Virus record (IMG/VR): IMGVR_UViG_3300045996_004591
Span: 1,462-65,461 of that record
Length of the DNA: 64,000 nt
Reading direction: 5' to 3' (one strand)
Source: a virus
Lineage: Duplodnaviria > Caudoviricetes
The notes under the pieces are model-generated. The model was not told the DNA's origin. It saw only the letters and a program-made list of their open reading frames with translations, and made no database searches. Made by a program: the position numbers and the translations under genes. Shown in pieces: positions 7,460 through 16,882 of this stretch (the stretch's first letter is position 1; each line of letters opens with the position of its first letter).

Positions 7460-9430
7460 TCAGGCGGCTTGCTTCTGCTTGGCCTGCACCGTGCGGATAT
7501 GCGCGTGCAGCGCCTCGCAGATCAGGTCGAATGTGGCCTCGTGAAACAGCAGCGCGCTTTTCTCCTTGGCCGCGGGCTCGAAACCCAGCTGCTTCAAGAA
7601 GTCGGCGTGCAGCGCGAACCCGAGGCGCTCGCCGATCTGGCCCAGCTTGAGGGTGGGCGGGGTGGCCGGTGCTGCCACCGGGCGGCGCGTTCCCATCGGC
7701 ACCACGTTGGCGGTGGTCAGCGGCGGGCTGGGCACGTGCGGCGGGTAGGTGGGCTCGGGCGTCGCAACGGGGGCCGCGGTAGGGGCGGGCGTGGGTGCCG
7801 GGGCGGCGGCTCGGGCCTGCGCGGATTCAAGCCGTTCTTTGAGGTACGCGCGCCCAGCGAGGAAGGCGGCGACCACGCGCGGGCGCGGGTCGTTCTCCCA
7901 GTCCTTGGCGACGGACTCGTAAGTCCCAATGGCTTTTTGGATGTACGGCACGCTGTCGCGCTCGATGCGACGCGCGTTGCTGTCGAAACTGGCGATCAGT
8001 GCGTCTTCGTCTTCAACCTTCTCGCGCGCTTCCCGCTCGGCCTTGGCCTGTTCCTCGGCACGGATCTTCTCGCGCTCGTCGGCCAGCTTCCGCTCGGTCT
8101 CAGCCACCCGCTGGGCGACGATGGCGCGCAGGTCATCCGGCTGCTTGAGAACCAGCGCTGCAGCGTCCGGGAACGATGCGTTGTCGCCCGCGGCCACCAT
8201 CGCCTTCATGTTGAACTGGATGCGGTCGGCGACTTCGTTCGCGGCGATCTTGCAGCGCGCGAGCTCGGCGTCGACGGAGTCGTTCAGGCTCTTGACGGTG
8301 CGCTTGCTCTTGATGGCGTTCAGGAAGTCGGCGGCGATCAGCGGGGAGCTGGCCGCCGGCATGTAGTTCTCGCCGATGCGCTCGTTCAACGCGGCGATGT
8401 GAGCGGCGAGTGCGTCGGCACCGCGCCGGGCCACTTCCTGCCGGATCTGCGTTTCCCGGGTCTTGACGTTGTTGTCCAGGTCGATGCGGGTGCGGTCCAG
8501 GCCGGCCACGATCTTGTCCATCGTGGTGATCAGCTCGTTCACGTCGACCATCTGCGCGAGGGTCTGCTCCTTGAGCAGCTTCAACTTCTTGGCGCTTTCG
8601 TCGCACCACTTCACGGCTTCCTTGGCGTTGGCGAAGTCGTCATCGGTCTTCAAGTCCTTGTTGATGCCCGCGATGTGCGCCAGTGCGGCCTCGCGCCATA
8701 CGGCCAGGTTGGAGGACACGATGCGGCCCTCAACCTGCACCACCAGCATGGGCAGCGCCTCGACCTTCTCGCCGCGGGGTGCTTCCACGTGCGCCGTCGG
8801 CACGTGCGTGGCGAGGTCGGCGTCGAACTGCTTCCAGCCAGCCAGGATCTCGGCGCGCAGGTCCGGGTCACAGAGATACCAGCACCAGCGCAGCGACTTG
8901 GTGGATCCGTCGGGATGGAATGCGGCGGCGCCGAACAGCACGCGCTCCGCGCCGCTCACCCACAGCTGCTGCTCCAGCTGCACGCGGTAGCCCTTGGGCA
9001 ACTGCGTCGCGTCGTTCGCGTCAGGGTCGTCCTCGTTGGGCAGCGCCGCGGCCAGCGCCTCGTTGAGCGACTTACATTCGAAGTTGATGTCGCGCGCCAT
9101 CTTCAGGCCATCGAAGGATGCACCCACCCGGCGGGTCAGCTCGGGCACCTCGATGGAGCCCACCAGCGGATACAGGTCTTCGCCGACGATGCCTTCGGCC
9201 AGCGGCCTGGCCAGCGCCTCGACATCGTGGCCCTTGTCAAACAGGCGCTGCTTGAAGGCCCCGACCTCGGGCGTGAAGCCCTTGACCATCGCGTCCAGCA
9301 GATCGGTGCGGGTGCGCCCGTTGGGGTCGCAGCCCAGCATGGCGGCGGCGTCGCCCGCGTTGAATCGCTCGGTGCGATCGGAAAGCCACTGTTCGCTGCC
9401 CTGGGGGGCGGGGTGGACGGTCATGCTCAT
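7460..9430 (-). CDS. YqaJ-like viral recombinase exonuclease with long coiled-coil extension
   Basis: QGSEQWLSDR, GHDVE, ASFDG, FECK, QLEQQL motifs; adjacent to RecT. Confidence 0.9.
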   Translation of the reverse strand: MSMTVHPAPQGSEQWLSDRTERFNAGDAAAMLGCDPNGRTRTDLLDAMVKGFTPEVGAFKQRLFDKGHDVEALARPLAEGIVGEDLYPLVGSIEVPELTRRVGASFDGLKMARDINFECKSLNEALAAALPNEDDPDANDATQLPKGYRVQLEQQLWVSGAERVLFGAAAFHPDGSTKSLRWCWYLCDPDLRAEILAGWKQFDADLATHVPTAHVEAPRGEKVEALPMLVVQVEGRIVSSNLAVWREAALAHIAGINKDLKTDDDFANAKEAVKWCDESAKKLKLLKEQTLAQMVDVNELITTMDKIVAGLDRTRIDLDNNVKTRETQIRQEVARRGADALAAHIAALNERIGENYMPAASSPLIAADFLNAIKSKRTVKSLNDSVDAELARCKIAANEVADRIQFNMKAMVAAGDNASFPDAAALVLKQPDDLRAIVAQRVAETERKLADEREKIRAEEQAKAEREAREKVEDEDALIASFDSNARRIERDSVPYIQKAIGTYESVAKDWENDPRPRVVAAFLAGRAYLKERLESAQARAAAPAPTPAPTAAPVATPEPTYPPHVPSPPLTTANVVPMGTRRPVAAPATPPTLKLGQIGERLGFALHADFLKQLGFEPAAKEKSALLFHEATFDLICEALHAHIRTVQAKQKQAA

Positions 9431-10395
9431 TGCGCTGCTCCTTCGGTGGTGGTCTTGGCGGCCTCGACCCAACCAGCGATTTCCATCTTCTGGTCGGCCG
9501 TGAGGGTGTTCTTGGTCTCCAGCGCAGCCACCACGTCGTTGACCGACTGGCCGCCTTGCAGCGCCTTCAGCAGCGTGGGCTTGCGCTTCTTGAGGTCTTC
9601 ATCGGGAAGGGCCGGCTTGGCGGTGGCGCCGTGGATGACACCGTCCCCGTCAATGCGTTCTTCGCTCGGATCCGGGTCCGTGATGGTCACGAAGTTGCCG
9701 TCGATGGTCACACCGCGGCCGGACTCGGCGGCGTGCGACACCGTCAGCGCGTTGGACAGCTCGATGCTGGAGGGCATGTACTTGAGCACCTGCAGCAGCG
9801 GCACCTTGCGCGCATACATTTCCCAATCGCGGAAGCTGTAATGCTTGGCGCCGACCTTGTTGTACTGGTCGCGGTGCCGCTTGATCTTGGCCACGGTCCA
9901 GACCTCGATGACGGGCCAGTCGCTGCCGTTGACGCGCCCAATGGCATAGACGTGGGTGAGGTAGTCGGGCCGGTCTTCATCACCGGGGCGATGCTGCACA
10001 AAGGGCTTGTCGCCAAGCGCGTACTCGAAGTGATCGCCTTCAAACACGGCGCCGGTCCAGACGGTGGAGCGGCCCGAGCGGTTCGCAATGTCCACCAGGC
10101 CTTTCCAGCCTGGCACAAAGGTGCAGGTGCGCCCGTAGGGGATGAGATAGCCCTGGCCGTTGACACCCGGCTCCAGGCCCAACGTGCTCGCCGTCATGAT
10201 CGACGCGGCGATGCTCATGGGGTCGCACTCCTGCAGCTTTGGCGTGGAGCTGAAGGCCGTCAGCGCGAGCCGCGCCATGCGATCCGCGGTCAAGTGCTTG
10301 GGCAAGGCCAGCGCCATCTGCGGCTTGAACTTGTCCATGAAGGCCGAAAACTTGGCCACCGGGTTCTCGGGGCGGGTGGCGACGGAAGTGTTCAT
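9427..10395 (-). CDS. recT: RecT family single-strand annealing protein
   Basis: ALPKHLTADRMARL, LGLEP, GQGYLIPY, GWKGLVDIANRSG, MYARK. Confidence 0.92.
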   Translation of the reverse strand: MNTSVATRPENPVAKFSAFMDKFKPQMALALPKHLTADRMARLALTAFSSTPKLQECDPMSIAASIMTASTLGLEPGVNGQGYLIPYGRTCTFVPGWKGLVDIANRSGRSTVWTGAVFEGDHFEYALGDKPFVQHRPGDEDRPDYLTHVYAIGRVNGSDWPVIEVWTVAKIKRHRDQYNKVGAKHYSFRDWEMYARKVPLLQVLKYMPSSIELSNALTVSHAAESGRGVTIDGNFVTITDPDPSEERIDGDGVIHGATAKPALPDEDLKKRKPTLLKALQGGQSVNDVVAALETKNTLTADQKMEIAGWVEAAKTTTEGAAQ

Positions 10396-10667
10396 TGTGT
10401 GTTTCTCCAGAGGGTGAGGGTGGCGGACAAGATGGGCCACACCAGACGGGTGACCGAATAGACGATGACGAGAAGGCCGATCGCGCCGAGGGCAAAGATG
10501 ATCTTTTCCGCAGTCGTTACGGTGTCTTCAGCACTGACAGGCGGGCGGTCGTCAGCTTCGAGGGCTGCCTGCTCTCGCGGCAGGTAACCGCTGTCTTCGT
10601 ACTGGCAGGTGTAGGGCGTGGGGCAGCTGGTGCGGCCCTGGGTGCAGAGATCGGACTTGCAGGGCAT
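10392..10667 (-). CDS. Hypothetical protein, Cys-rich N-terminus and one TM
   Basis: CTQGRTSCPTPYTC; coupled to recT. Confidence 0.6.
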   Translation of the reverse strand: MPCKSDLCTQGRTSCPTPYTCQYEDSGYLPREQAALEADDRPPVSAEDTVTTAEKIIFALGAIGLLVIVYSVTRLVWPILSATLTLWRNTQ

Positions 10668-10671
10668 GGCG

Positions 10672-10815
10672 TCAGGCCTTCACCAAGATCACGGCAAGAC
10701 CAGCGCCGATGGCGATGCCGACGCAGATCCCGGACCACCAGCCTTCGCGCCAGCTGTGAGCCTCGACCCGCTGCACCTGCGGCAGCTGGCTGGGCTTGAG
10801 GGTGGGGCGCGGCAT
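10672..10815 (-). CDS. Small membrane protein
   Basis: MPRPTLKP...GICVGIAIGAGLAVILVKA; TGATG overlap. Confidence 0.55.
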   Translation of the reverse strand: MPRPTLKPSQLPQVQRVEAHSWREGWWSGICVGIAIGAGLAVILVKA

Positions 10816-11198
10816 CACGTGGCTCTCCCGTAGCCGGAAATCAGCCGCATCGCGTGCTGCACGGGCGCGCTCTGCTGCTCGATGGGCAGGAGCTCGTCGG
10901 CCTCGCCGCCGCGCTTGCCGGCCCACTTGACCAGCTCGCGCCATTCGTCCAGCGGAGTCGGCGCCAACAGCGTGATCTGCTGTGCCGCGCGTCGGGCCGC
11001 CGCGCGATCGCGCCTGGCGGCGTACTCGTCGGGCGTGAGCATGTCGTAGCGCGGTGTTGCGATCTGCACGTGCGTGAGCGTGGCCACCTGCCCGAGCATT
11101 TCGTCCCAGCACAGCATGTCGGCGTAGCGTTCGCCCTGGTGGACGTGGAACAGGACAGCGCTCGCACCGCGGTAGATGGTGATGGGGGCGCGGTTCAT
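10815..11198 (-). CDS. Hypothetical protein
   Basis: MNRAPITIYRG...LCWDEMLGQVA; ATGA overlap. Confidence 0.6.
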   Translation of the reverse strand: MNRAPITIYRGASAVLFHVHQGERYADMLCWDEMLGQVATLTHVQIATPRYDMLTPDEYAARRDRAAARRAAQQITLLAPTPLDEWRELVKWAGKRGGEADELLPIEQQSAPVQHAMRLISGYGRAT

Positions 11199-11584
11199 GC
11201 CAGCACCTGCTGCATTCCAGCCAGGCCGCAGTAGCCGGTGCGCCGTGCATTGGCCTCGGGCTCGGATTCCAGCCAGCAGGCGTTGTCGTCCTCGCAGGGG
11301 TAGAACGTCCAGCTCGGCGGGACGTTGGAGGGGCGCGCGGGCTCTTCCTTGGCGAGCTGGTCGGCGCAGTTGTACCGCCGCCGCTTCGCCGTGCTGGCCC
11401 ACCGCCACATCGCGCACTCGCTGGCGACGCAGCTCCCGTTCGTCGTGTGATCATCGACCGGCTCGCGCGGATAGTCCTTCATGAGGGGCTGCATGTTGAC
11501 GGCGCAGTTGGTGGCCTGCTTGCCATTGGCGGCACGCACCATCGGGCACCACAGTTCGCGGGCTTGTTGTTCGGTGTGCATCAC
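11195..11584 (-). CDS. Cys-rich hypothetical phage protein
   Basis: ELWCPMVR, CVASECAMWRW, GYCGLAG. Confidence 0.7.
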   Translation of the reverse strand: MMHTEQQARELWCPMVRAANGKQATNCAVNMQPLMKDYPREPVDDHTTNGSCVASECAMWRWASTAKRRRYNCADQLAKEEPARPSNVPPSWTFYPCEDDNACWLESEPEANARRTGYCGLAGMQQVLA

Positions 11585-11907
11585 CTGCCCCCAATCACGT
11601 CGTTGATGCCGTTCTTGCGCATCTGCAAGCGCATGGCTTCCTCGAACTCACGACTAGCCGCGCGATCGGCCTTGTCGACGTTGCGCGCCCGATCGGCTTC
11701 GAGGTACTGCGCCTCAGTCATCGGCGCGAACTCTTCGTCAATGGCCGCAAGGTCCGCTGCCGTCAGGTCGCCGGGCTCGTTGGCCGCATCGCTCAGGTGC
11801 TGCCCACTGACATGGGCCAGTCCGGTGCGCTTGATGCCGTGCGCCGTCGGTGAAACAGGCGCAGCTGTGCCTGCAATGGGTGCGCTATCCGCGCTGGTGT
11901 TGTTCAT
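11581..11907 (-). CDS. First gene of leftward early operon, hypothetical
   Basis: GGAGA SD downstream of PL/OL. Confidence 0.6.
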   Translation of the reverse strand: MNNTSADSAPIAGTAAPVSPTAHGIKRTGLAHVSGQHLSDAANEPGDLTAADLAAIDEEFAPMTEAQYLEADRARNVDKADRAASREFEEAMRLQMRKNGINDVIGGR

Positions 11908-11943
11908 CCTGGTCTCCGAGTCCTGTTCGTGGACTGGCGTCAA

Positions 11944-11983
11944 TTAAACATGACGTTTAAACAAATGTCAAACGCTGTGTTTA
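11944..11983 (-). promoter_or_regulatory. PL with OL operators (TAAACATGACGTTTA 11945-11959; CAAACGCTGTGTTTA 11969-11983)
   Basis: Palindromes 24 bp apart, the same arrangement as at OR; minus-strand TTGACA present. Confidence 0.85.
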
Positions 11984-12012
11984 GTCGCTGGATAGAATCC
12001 GTCCAGGGCAAC

Positions 12013-12034
12013 AAAAAGCCGCCCTGTGGCGGCT
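12013..12034 (-). terminator. Intrinsic terminator ending the cI operon
   Basis: AGCCGCC-CTGT-GGCGGCT stem with minus-strand U-tract. Confidence 0.7.
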
Positions 12035-12046
12035 GGAAAGGAAGCG

Positions 12047-12334
12047 ATGAATCTCACCCGTTCAGCGAACTACGCCGTGCTGGCGCTCCTGCTGGGAGTG
12101 GGCCTGGTCAACCCGGTCGTGCTCAACGAAGCCGAGGACGCGGGCCGACGTGCGGCGGCTGAAGGGTTGCGCCTGGCGCGTTACGCGCGGTGCGCCTCGC
12201 AGTGCACGACCAAGGCGGCCGAGAGCATCGCCGAATGTCGAAGCAAGCACGGCGCGCAAACGCCGGAATTCAAGCGGTGCGTTGGCAAGGCCGAGTCCGC
12301 TCGGGCGGTGTGCCTAGCGGAGTGTGGAAACTGA
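12047..12334 (+). CDS. Exported six-Cys small protein
   Basis: AAGGAAG SD, hydrophobic N-terminus, symmetric Cys pattern. Confidence 0.6.
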   Translation: MNLTRSANYAVLALLLGVGLVNPVVLNEAEDAGRRAAAEGLRLARYARCASQCTTKAAESIAECRSKHGAQTPEFKRCVGKAESARAVCLAECGN

Positions 12335-12418
12335 GCCGCCTCAAGGGCGGCGGAAAGGCGGCGATGGACGCGCTTGGACTACTGGGGAAAATCGATGAGA
12401 TCGCGCGCGAGCTGGAGA

Positions 12419-12718
12419 CTATCCCCGCGGTCGACGAATCACTTCCACCCACACCGCTTGTATGCGGTCGAACGCAGCCGCCAGTGCAGGGGTTGCCTTC
12501 AGTTGCGCGTCCTCTGGTCGATGGTGATCGCAGACAATCTTGAATCGACTCTCCAGGAGTTGCCGCTCCGCCAGATCCTTGGGGATCAGCGCATCGATCA
12601 TTGCGGAGAGCACCAATACCTGCGCCTGCACTTCGGCGTTCAGGTTCGCCTGTATGGGGGCGGAAGCCTTCAGGAGATTAACGGTCGTGGCGAGCCTTGA
12701 CCATTGTTCCGCATCCAT
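12419..12718 (-). CDS. Hypothetical protein in cI operon
   Basis: Strong SD AGGAGG upstream of ATG 12718. Confidence 0.6.
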   Translation of the reverse strand: MDAEQWSRLATTVNLLKASAPIQANLNAEVQAQVLVLSAMIDALIPKDLAERQLLESRFKIVCDHHRPEDAQLKATPALAAAFDRIQAVWVEVIRRPRG

Positions 12719-12743
12719 CGCCACCTCCTATTGAGCCGGCAGC

Positions 12744-13196
12744 TCAGTTGCAAAGCTCAGACACACGCCGATCCATGGATTCGTGAGCGCGCGCTGATCT
12801 TGCGGTGGACCGTTCACGACTGGCCCTGGCTTGTTCGCACGCGAAGGCGCGGTCAACGATCTCTTGCTGCATCGGGCCTTGGACGATAGCCATTGAACCT
12901 GGCGTTCCTCCTATCACCGGAACGGTGGAGCTTGCGTGCTTTGGGCAGGGCCCGGCACGATAGAAAGTGCCGCCATCGAAAGACGTGCATTTGTAGGCCG
13001 TGCGACGTTCCGGCTGCGCTGCGCGCCGCTCGGCTTGCACCACGGCCGCCGACGGTGCGGGCGGTAGACCGAGATCCGAGCACGACCACTTGCTGGTCAC
13101 GACGCGGCCCTCTCCATCCCAGCAGCGGTGCTGCGCGTGCGCGCCAACCGACGCCAGCGCCACGAGCAAGCCTACCAAAATCACGGAATTACGCAT
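12744..13196 (-). CDS. Exported protein, DUF4124-like
   Basis: Signal peptide ending AHA; HRCWDGEGRV and YKCTSFDGGTFYRAGPC modules. Confidence 0.65.
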   Translation of the reverse strand: MRNSVILVGLLVALASVGAHAQHRCWDGEGRVVTSKWSCSDLGLPPAPSAAVVQAERRAAQPERRTAYKCTSFDGGTFYRAGPCPKHASSTVPVIGGTPGSMAIVQGPMQQEIVDRAFACEQARASRERSTARSARAHESMDRRVSELCN

Positions 13197-13450
13197 TACC
13201 TGAACACAGTTCGGACGTCGCAGCTGTTGTTGCTGTTGGGGAAGATCAGCCGGCCGCGCGGCCCCCCTCCGTCCTCGTCGTAGATGGCCTCATCACCATA
13301 GACGTATTCGTAGCAGTACTGGGTCTGGAAAAAGAGTCCGTCGTTGGTCTTGTACAGATCCTGTTCGACGCGCCGCACGTACACCTTGTACATGGCCGCC
13401 TCTGCCGCGATGGCCACCAGCAGCAACCCCAAAACTATCGCTTTTTTCAT
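13196..13450 (-). CDS. Small exported protein
   Basis: GGAGG SD; MKKAIVLGLLLVAIAAEA signal peptide; two Cys. Confidence 0.75.
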   Translation of the reverse strand: MKKAIVLGLLLVAIAAEAAMYKVYVRRVEQDLYKTNDGLFFQTQYCYEYVYGDEAIYDEDGGGPRGRLIFPNSNNSCDVRTVFR

Positions 13451-13487
13451 GTTTTCCTCCGTCCATAGAATCGCTCTTCGTTACCTC

Positions 13488-14168
13488 TCATTGCTGTTCG
13501 CTTTTCCATACCGTGAGCACCTTCGCAAAGACCTGAAAATCCATCCCCTCGCTGATATCGAACGGGTCGTAGTCGGGGTTCTTCGACTTGGCCCGGATCA
13601 CCAGGCCGCTCGTCGTCGGGATGCGCTGCAGCATCTTGATGAACCCGTGCTCGCCGACGCGGAAGAAGTAGACGCCGTCGACATCCACTGTGGTGACGCC
13701 GCGGTCGCACAGCAGTGGGTCGCCCGGGTTGAACATGCCGCGCATCGAGGGGCCGAAGCCCGTCACGATGCAGAGATTAGCGACCCCAGTGTGGTGGCGG
13801 ACATTCAGTCGTAGCCATTCCTCATCCACGCGCCAGCTCTTGATGAGACCCGGCGGCTTGTCTTCCAGCACCAGGCCATTGCCCATGGCGCCGCCGGCCG
13901 CGTACTGGGGAATGGTGAGGTCGGTATCGATGGCGGGAGATTTGCGCCGCACCGCAGGGACCATGGCCCCTTTGCCTGCGATCACCCATGACGCGTCGCA
14001 GCCGATTTCATCCTGCGCCTTGATGGCGCCCGCGCGCGATATGCCGCGGCTCTCCCAGTTGTTGAGCGTTTGTGGTGACTCGTTCAGCAGCTTGGCGACG
14101 GCCGACTGTCCCTCGGTTTTTTTTAACGCTTTCGCTGCCTCGTACAGGCGCGCCATTGACTCGTGCAT
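13488..14168 (-). CDS. cI: CI-like repressor with S24 autopeptidase domain
   Basis: N-terminal HTH (QSAVAKLLNESPQTLNNWESRG), AG cleavage region, GPSM catalytic Ser and FIKML Lys. Confidence 0.92.
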   Translation of the reverse strand: MHESMARLYEAAKALKKTEGQSAVAKLLNESPQTLNNWESRGISRAGAIKAQDEIGCDASWVIAGKGAMVPAVRRKSPAIDTDLTIPQYAAGGAMGNGLVLEDKPPGLIKSWRVDEEWLRLNVRHHTGVANLCIVTGFGPSMRGMFNPGDPLLCDRGVTTVDVDGVYFFRVGEHGFIKMLQRIPTTSGLVIRAKSKNPDYDPFDISEGMDFQVFAKVLTVWKSEQQ

Positions 14169-14188
14169 TGAGCAGATTGTCCCGAGGG

Positions 14189-14242
14189 TAAACAACCTGT
14201 TGTTAAACGGCACGTTTGACAGTTGATTAAACATGACGTTTA
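14189..14242. promoter_or_regulatory. OR operators with PR/PRM (TAAACGGCACGTTTG 14204-14218; TAAACATGACGTTTA 14228-14242; weak site at 14189)
   Basis: 15-mer identical to the OL site; lies between divergent cI and cro. Confidence 0.85.
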
Positions 14243-14251
14243 ATTATGGGT

Positions 14252-14503
14252 ATGAACTCAATCGACCAGGACAAGGCGCTCATCGAGAGCTTGGGCGGTC
14301 CGGCCAAGTTGGCCGAGACGCTTGGCTACGAGAAGGAGGGCGGCGTGCAACGCGTGCAGAACTGGCTATCGCGTGGCATTCCCCCTGCGGTGAAATTACA
14401 AAGGCCGGACCTGTTCCTGCGGGACCTCAAAGCCACCTCCAACCACACCAACAAGCGCGATGCCCCCCACCGCGAAGGCCCCTCCAACCGGAAAGGGCGC
14501 TAA
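14252..14503 (+). CDS. cro: Cro-like HTH regulator
   Basis: LIESLGGPAKLAETLG...VQNWLSRGIP; divergent from cI. Confidence 0.85.
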   Translation: MNSIDQDKALIESLGGPAKLAETLGYEKEGGVQRVQNWLSRGIPPAVKLQRPDLFLRDLKATSNHTNKRDAPHREGPSNRKGR

Positions 14504-14550
14504 GACATGGATCACTCGATTACCTCCCTGCCGCCCTGACGGGCGGATTC

Positions 14551-14585
14551 CACCCCGGCCCTTCGCGGGTCCGGGGTGCTTTTCT
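14551..14585 (+). terminator. tR1-like terminator after cro
   Basis: CACCCCGG...CCGGGGTG followed by CTTTTCT. Confidence 0.65.
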
Positions 14586-14628
14586 CCCGAAGAAGCAACA
14601 ACAAATTCAACTGTAGGAGCAGGGCAAC

Positions 14629-14907
14629 ATGGGTCAGGTCGAAAGCTGTGACGAGCGGCCGATGTTCATGCGGGCAAACGGCGAGCCCACGACCGAGCTG
14701 CGCGGGGAGATTCCGCGCTGGGTCGTGGACATCCTGGACGCCGTGGTCACCGCCCGCGGAGGGCAGAGCGCCAACGTCCACCGCACCACGGTGGTCACTG
14801 AGGTCTTGAGCGAGTGGGCTGAAAAAAAGCTGCATGAGGCCAGTCTGATCACGCGGCTTGCCGCCGGCAATCCGAACCCCACGGAACGCGCACGGAGGCC
14901 CGTATGA
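14629..14907 (+). CDS. Putative CII-position regulator
   Basis: AGGAG SD; ELRGEIPRWVVDILDAV ribbon-helix-helix-like; position after cro. Confidence 0.55.
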   Translation: MGQVESCDERPMFMRANGEPTTELRGEIPRWVVDILDAVVTARGGQSANVHRTTVVTEVLSEWAEKKLHEASLITRLAAGNPNPTERARRPV

Positions 14908-15092
14908 CGGACCACAACATCCGAAAGCTGACCGTGGCCGAACAAGCCCAGGCAGCTGCGCGCCGCACGGTGGACAGCGGCGTGATCGAAGAGAACCCTC
15001 ATGTGGGCACCCAGGACGGGCCGGACTGGAAGTCCGCCTATGAGCGCTACATGCTGCAGTTCAGCGCGCCTGACGCGGAGGCAAGCGCTTGA
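14904..15092 (+). CDS. Hypothetical protein
   Basis: GGAGG SD, ATGA overlap. Confidence 0.6.
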   Translation: MTDHNIRKLTVAEQAQAAARRTVDSGVIEENPHVGTQDGPDWKSAYERYMLQFSAPDAEASA

Positions 15093-15376
15093 CCGCCTTC
15101 TTCGCCGACCTCGCCGAGCAGGTGCCCGACTACGAACCGGGCCGCTTCGCGTCCTGCTTCCCCAACTCAACAGCACGGGCCCCGCGCCCACTTCCGCTGT
15201 TTCCCATGATCGACAACCCCCCGGCAAGTGATGCAGGGGGGAACCCCAAACGCGTGCAGGAATTGTCCGACGCCGAGCAGTGGGCTGCCGACCTCGAGCG
15301 GCTGGACACGGTGGAGTTCAAGAACGCCTGCTTCTTCGACGCGATGGGCGAGCTGGCCGCGGGGAGGTGTGGGTGA
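15089..15376 (+). CDS. Hypothetical protein
   Basis: Overlap-coupled at both ends. Confidence 0.5.
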   Translation: MTAFFADLAEQVPDYEPGRFASCFPNSTARAPRPLPLFPMIDNPPASDAGGNPKRVQELSDAEQWAADLERLDTVEFKNACFFDAMGELAAGRCG

Positions 15377-16371
15377 ACTACTACGAGCACCACATCGGCG
15401 ACTACGACAAGAAGACGTCGCACCTGACGGCCTGCGAGGACGGCATCTACTGCCGCATGCTGCGCCGGTATTACGACACCGAGGCGCCGCTGGTGGCCGA
15501 CGTGACCGAGCTCAAACGCAAGGTGAGGGCGCGGACGAAAGAAGAAAAACTCGCGGTCGATGCAGTACTGGCTGAGTTTTTTTTCCTGGAGGCTGATGGA
15601 TGGCATCAGAAAAATTGTGATGAGGTCATCGACTCATACCGCAAGAAAGAGCCCGAGCGCGAGGCCAAAAAGACCAATGAGGAACTGCGGCTGCAGCGCC
15701 ACCGTGAAGAACGCGCAAGCCTGTTTTCCCAGCTAAACGCGGTCGGCCAGCACGCTCCTTACAACACGCCGATGAAGGATTTGCGCGCGCTGGTGGCCCA
15801 GCACTGCGGCGGCTCCTCGACTGAAACTGCAACGCCACCTGCAACGGCACCTGCAACGCTTGCAACGGCTATCCAATCCCCAGCACCAACACCAGCACCA
15901 GTCACCAGAGATATAGCTATTACTACACCGCCGGCTGCGCCGACGGCCTCACCTTCTCCGACACCGGCACCCCAGAAAGCGGCCAAGAAACCGAGCGCAG
16001 AGGCGCAGCGCGGGGTCGCCGCCTTGGTGGCCGATGGGCTGACCGAACAGACTGCGACCGAGTGGCTGGCCTACCGCAAGCGCAAGAAGGCCGACCTCAC
16101 CCCGCGCGCATGGCAGGGCTTCAAGTCCGAAGCCGACAAGGCCGCATGGACCTACGAGGCCGCCGTCGTCAAGGCGATGGCGCGCGGCTGGACCGGCTTC
16201 GAGGCCGATTGGGTCAAGGGCGAGTCGATGCAGTCCGGCGAAACGCCATACCAGCGCAGCCAGCGCGAACTGGTCGAGCAGGCCACGGGTGGACTCGTGA
16301 GCCGCAGAAATCCCGCAACACCACCACCGGAGGGCTTCGATGCACGCACCCCTGCCATTGCCTTGGATTGA
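15373..16371 (+). CDS. DUF1376/YdaU-family replication initiator
   Basis: NYYEHHIGDY...HLTACEDGIYCRMLRRYYDTE; C-terminal WLAYRKRKK...RGWTGF. Confidence 0.85.
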   Translation: MNYYEHHIGDYDKKTSHLTACEDGIYCRMLRRYYDTEAPLVADVTELKRKVRARTKEEKLAVDAVLAEFFFLEADGWHQKNCDEVIDSYRKKEPEREAKKTNEELRLQRHREERASLFSQLNAVGQHAPYNTPMKDLRALVAQHCGGSSTETATPPATAPATLATAIQSPAPTPAPVTRDIAITTPPAAPTASPSPTPAPQKAAKKPSAEAQRGVAALVADGLTEQTATEWLAYRKRKKADLTPRAWQGFKSEADKAAWTYEAAVVKAMARGWTGFEADWVKGESMQSGETPYQRSQRELVEQATGGLVSRRNPATPPPEGFDARTPAIALD

Positions 16372-16882
16372 CAGTCTTTTTGCCCGGCTGACGGTCTCCT
16401 ACGGCCGCGCCTTCCTGTCGCAGTACGAGGGCATTGACATCGGCGCGGTCAAGGCCGACTGGGCCGAAAAGCTCGGAGGGTTCCACCGTCTGAACGCCGA
16501 GCACAAGGCCGAGGCGCCCGCCATCGCGTGGGCGCTGGATAACCTGGTGGCCGGCAAGCCGCCCACCGCGCTGGAGTTCCGCCAGCTGTGCCGCGGCTAC
16601 CGCGAGCCAGACCACCCGCTGGGCCTGCCGGCGCCGCCGCGTCCTGTGCCACCCAAGGTGCAACAGGCCTTCGCGCAGCTGGCCGTGCCGCTGGAGGACA
16701 AGCGCCCCGAGCGGGTTCGCGTGGCCGCGCGCTACGTGGCGATGTGGGGGGTCGAGGGTGTGAAGCTGTCGCCGCTGAAGCAGCAGATTCTGAAGGACAT
16801 GCGCGAGACGGTGCGGCAATACGAAGCGCAGGCCCAGCGCGAGACGACCTGGGAGGCCGCGCATGCAGCTGCAGCCCAGTGA
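16340..16882 (+). CDS. Putative replication protein P / helicase-loader-like
   Basis: WIDSLFARLTVSYG...PPTALEFRQLC; follows the initiator. Confidence 0.6.
   Translation: MHAPLPLPWIDSLFARLTVSYGRAFLSQYEGIDIGAVKADWAEKLGGFHRLNAEHKAEAPAIAWALDNLVAGKPPTALEFRQLCRGYREPDHPLGLPAPPRPVPPKVQQAFAQLAVPLEDKRPERVRVAARYVAMWGVEGVKLSPLKQQILKDMRETVRQYEAQAQRETTWEAAHAAAAQ

Noticed and set aside
12363-12543. Plus-strand ORF MDALGLLGKIDEIARELE
   Set aside because: Overlaps antisense the better-supported 12419..12718 gene, which has a strong SD; not enough support
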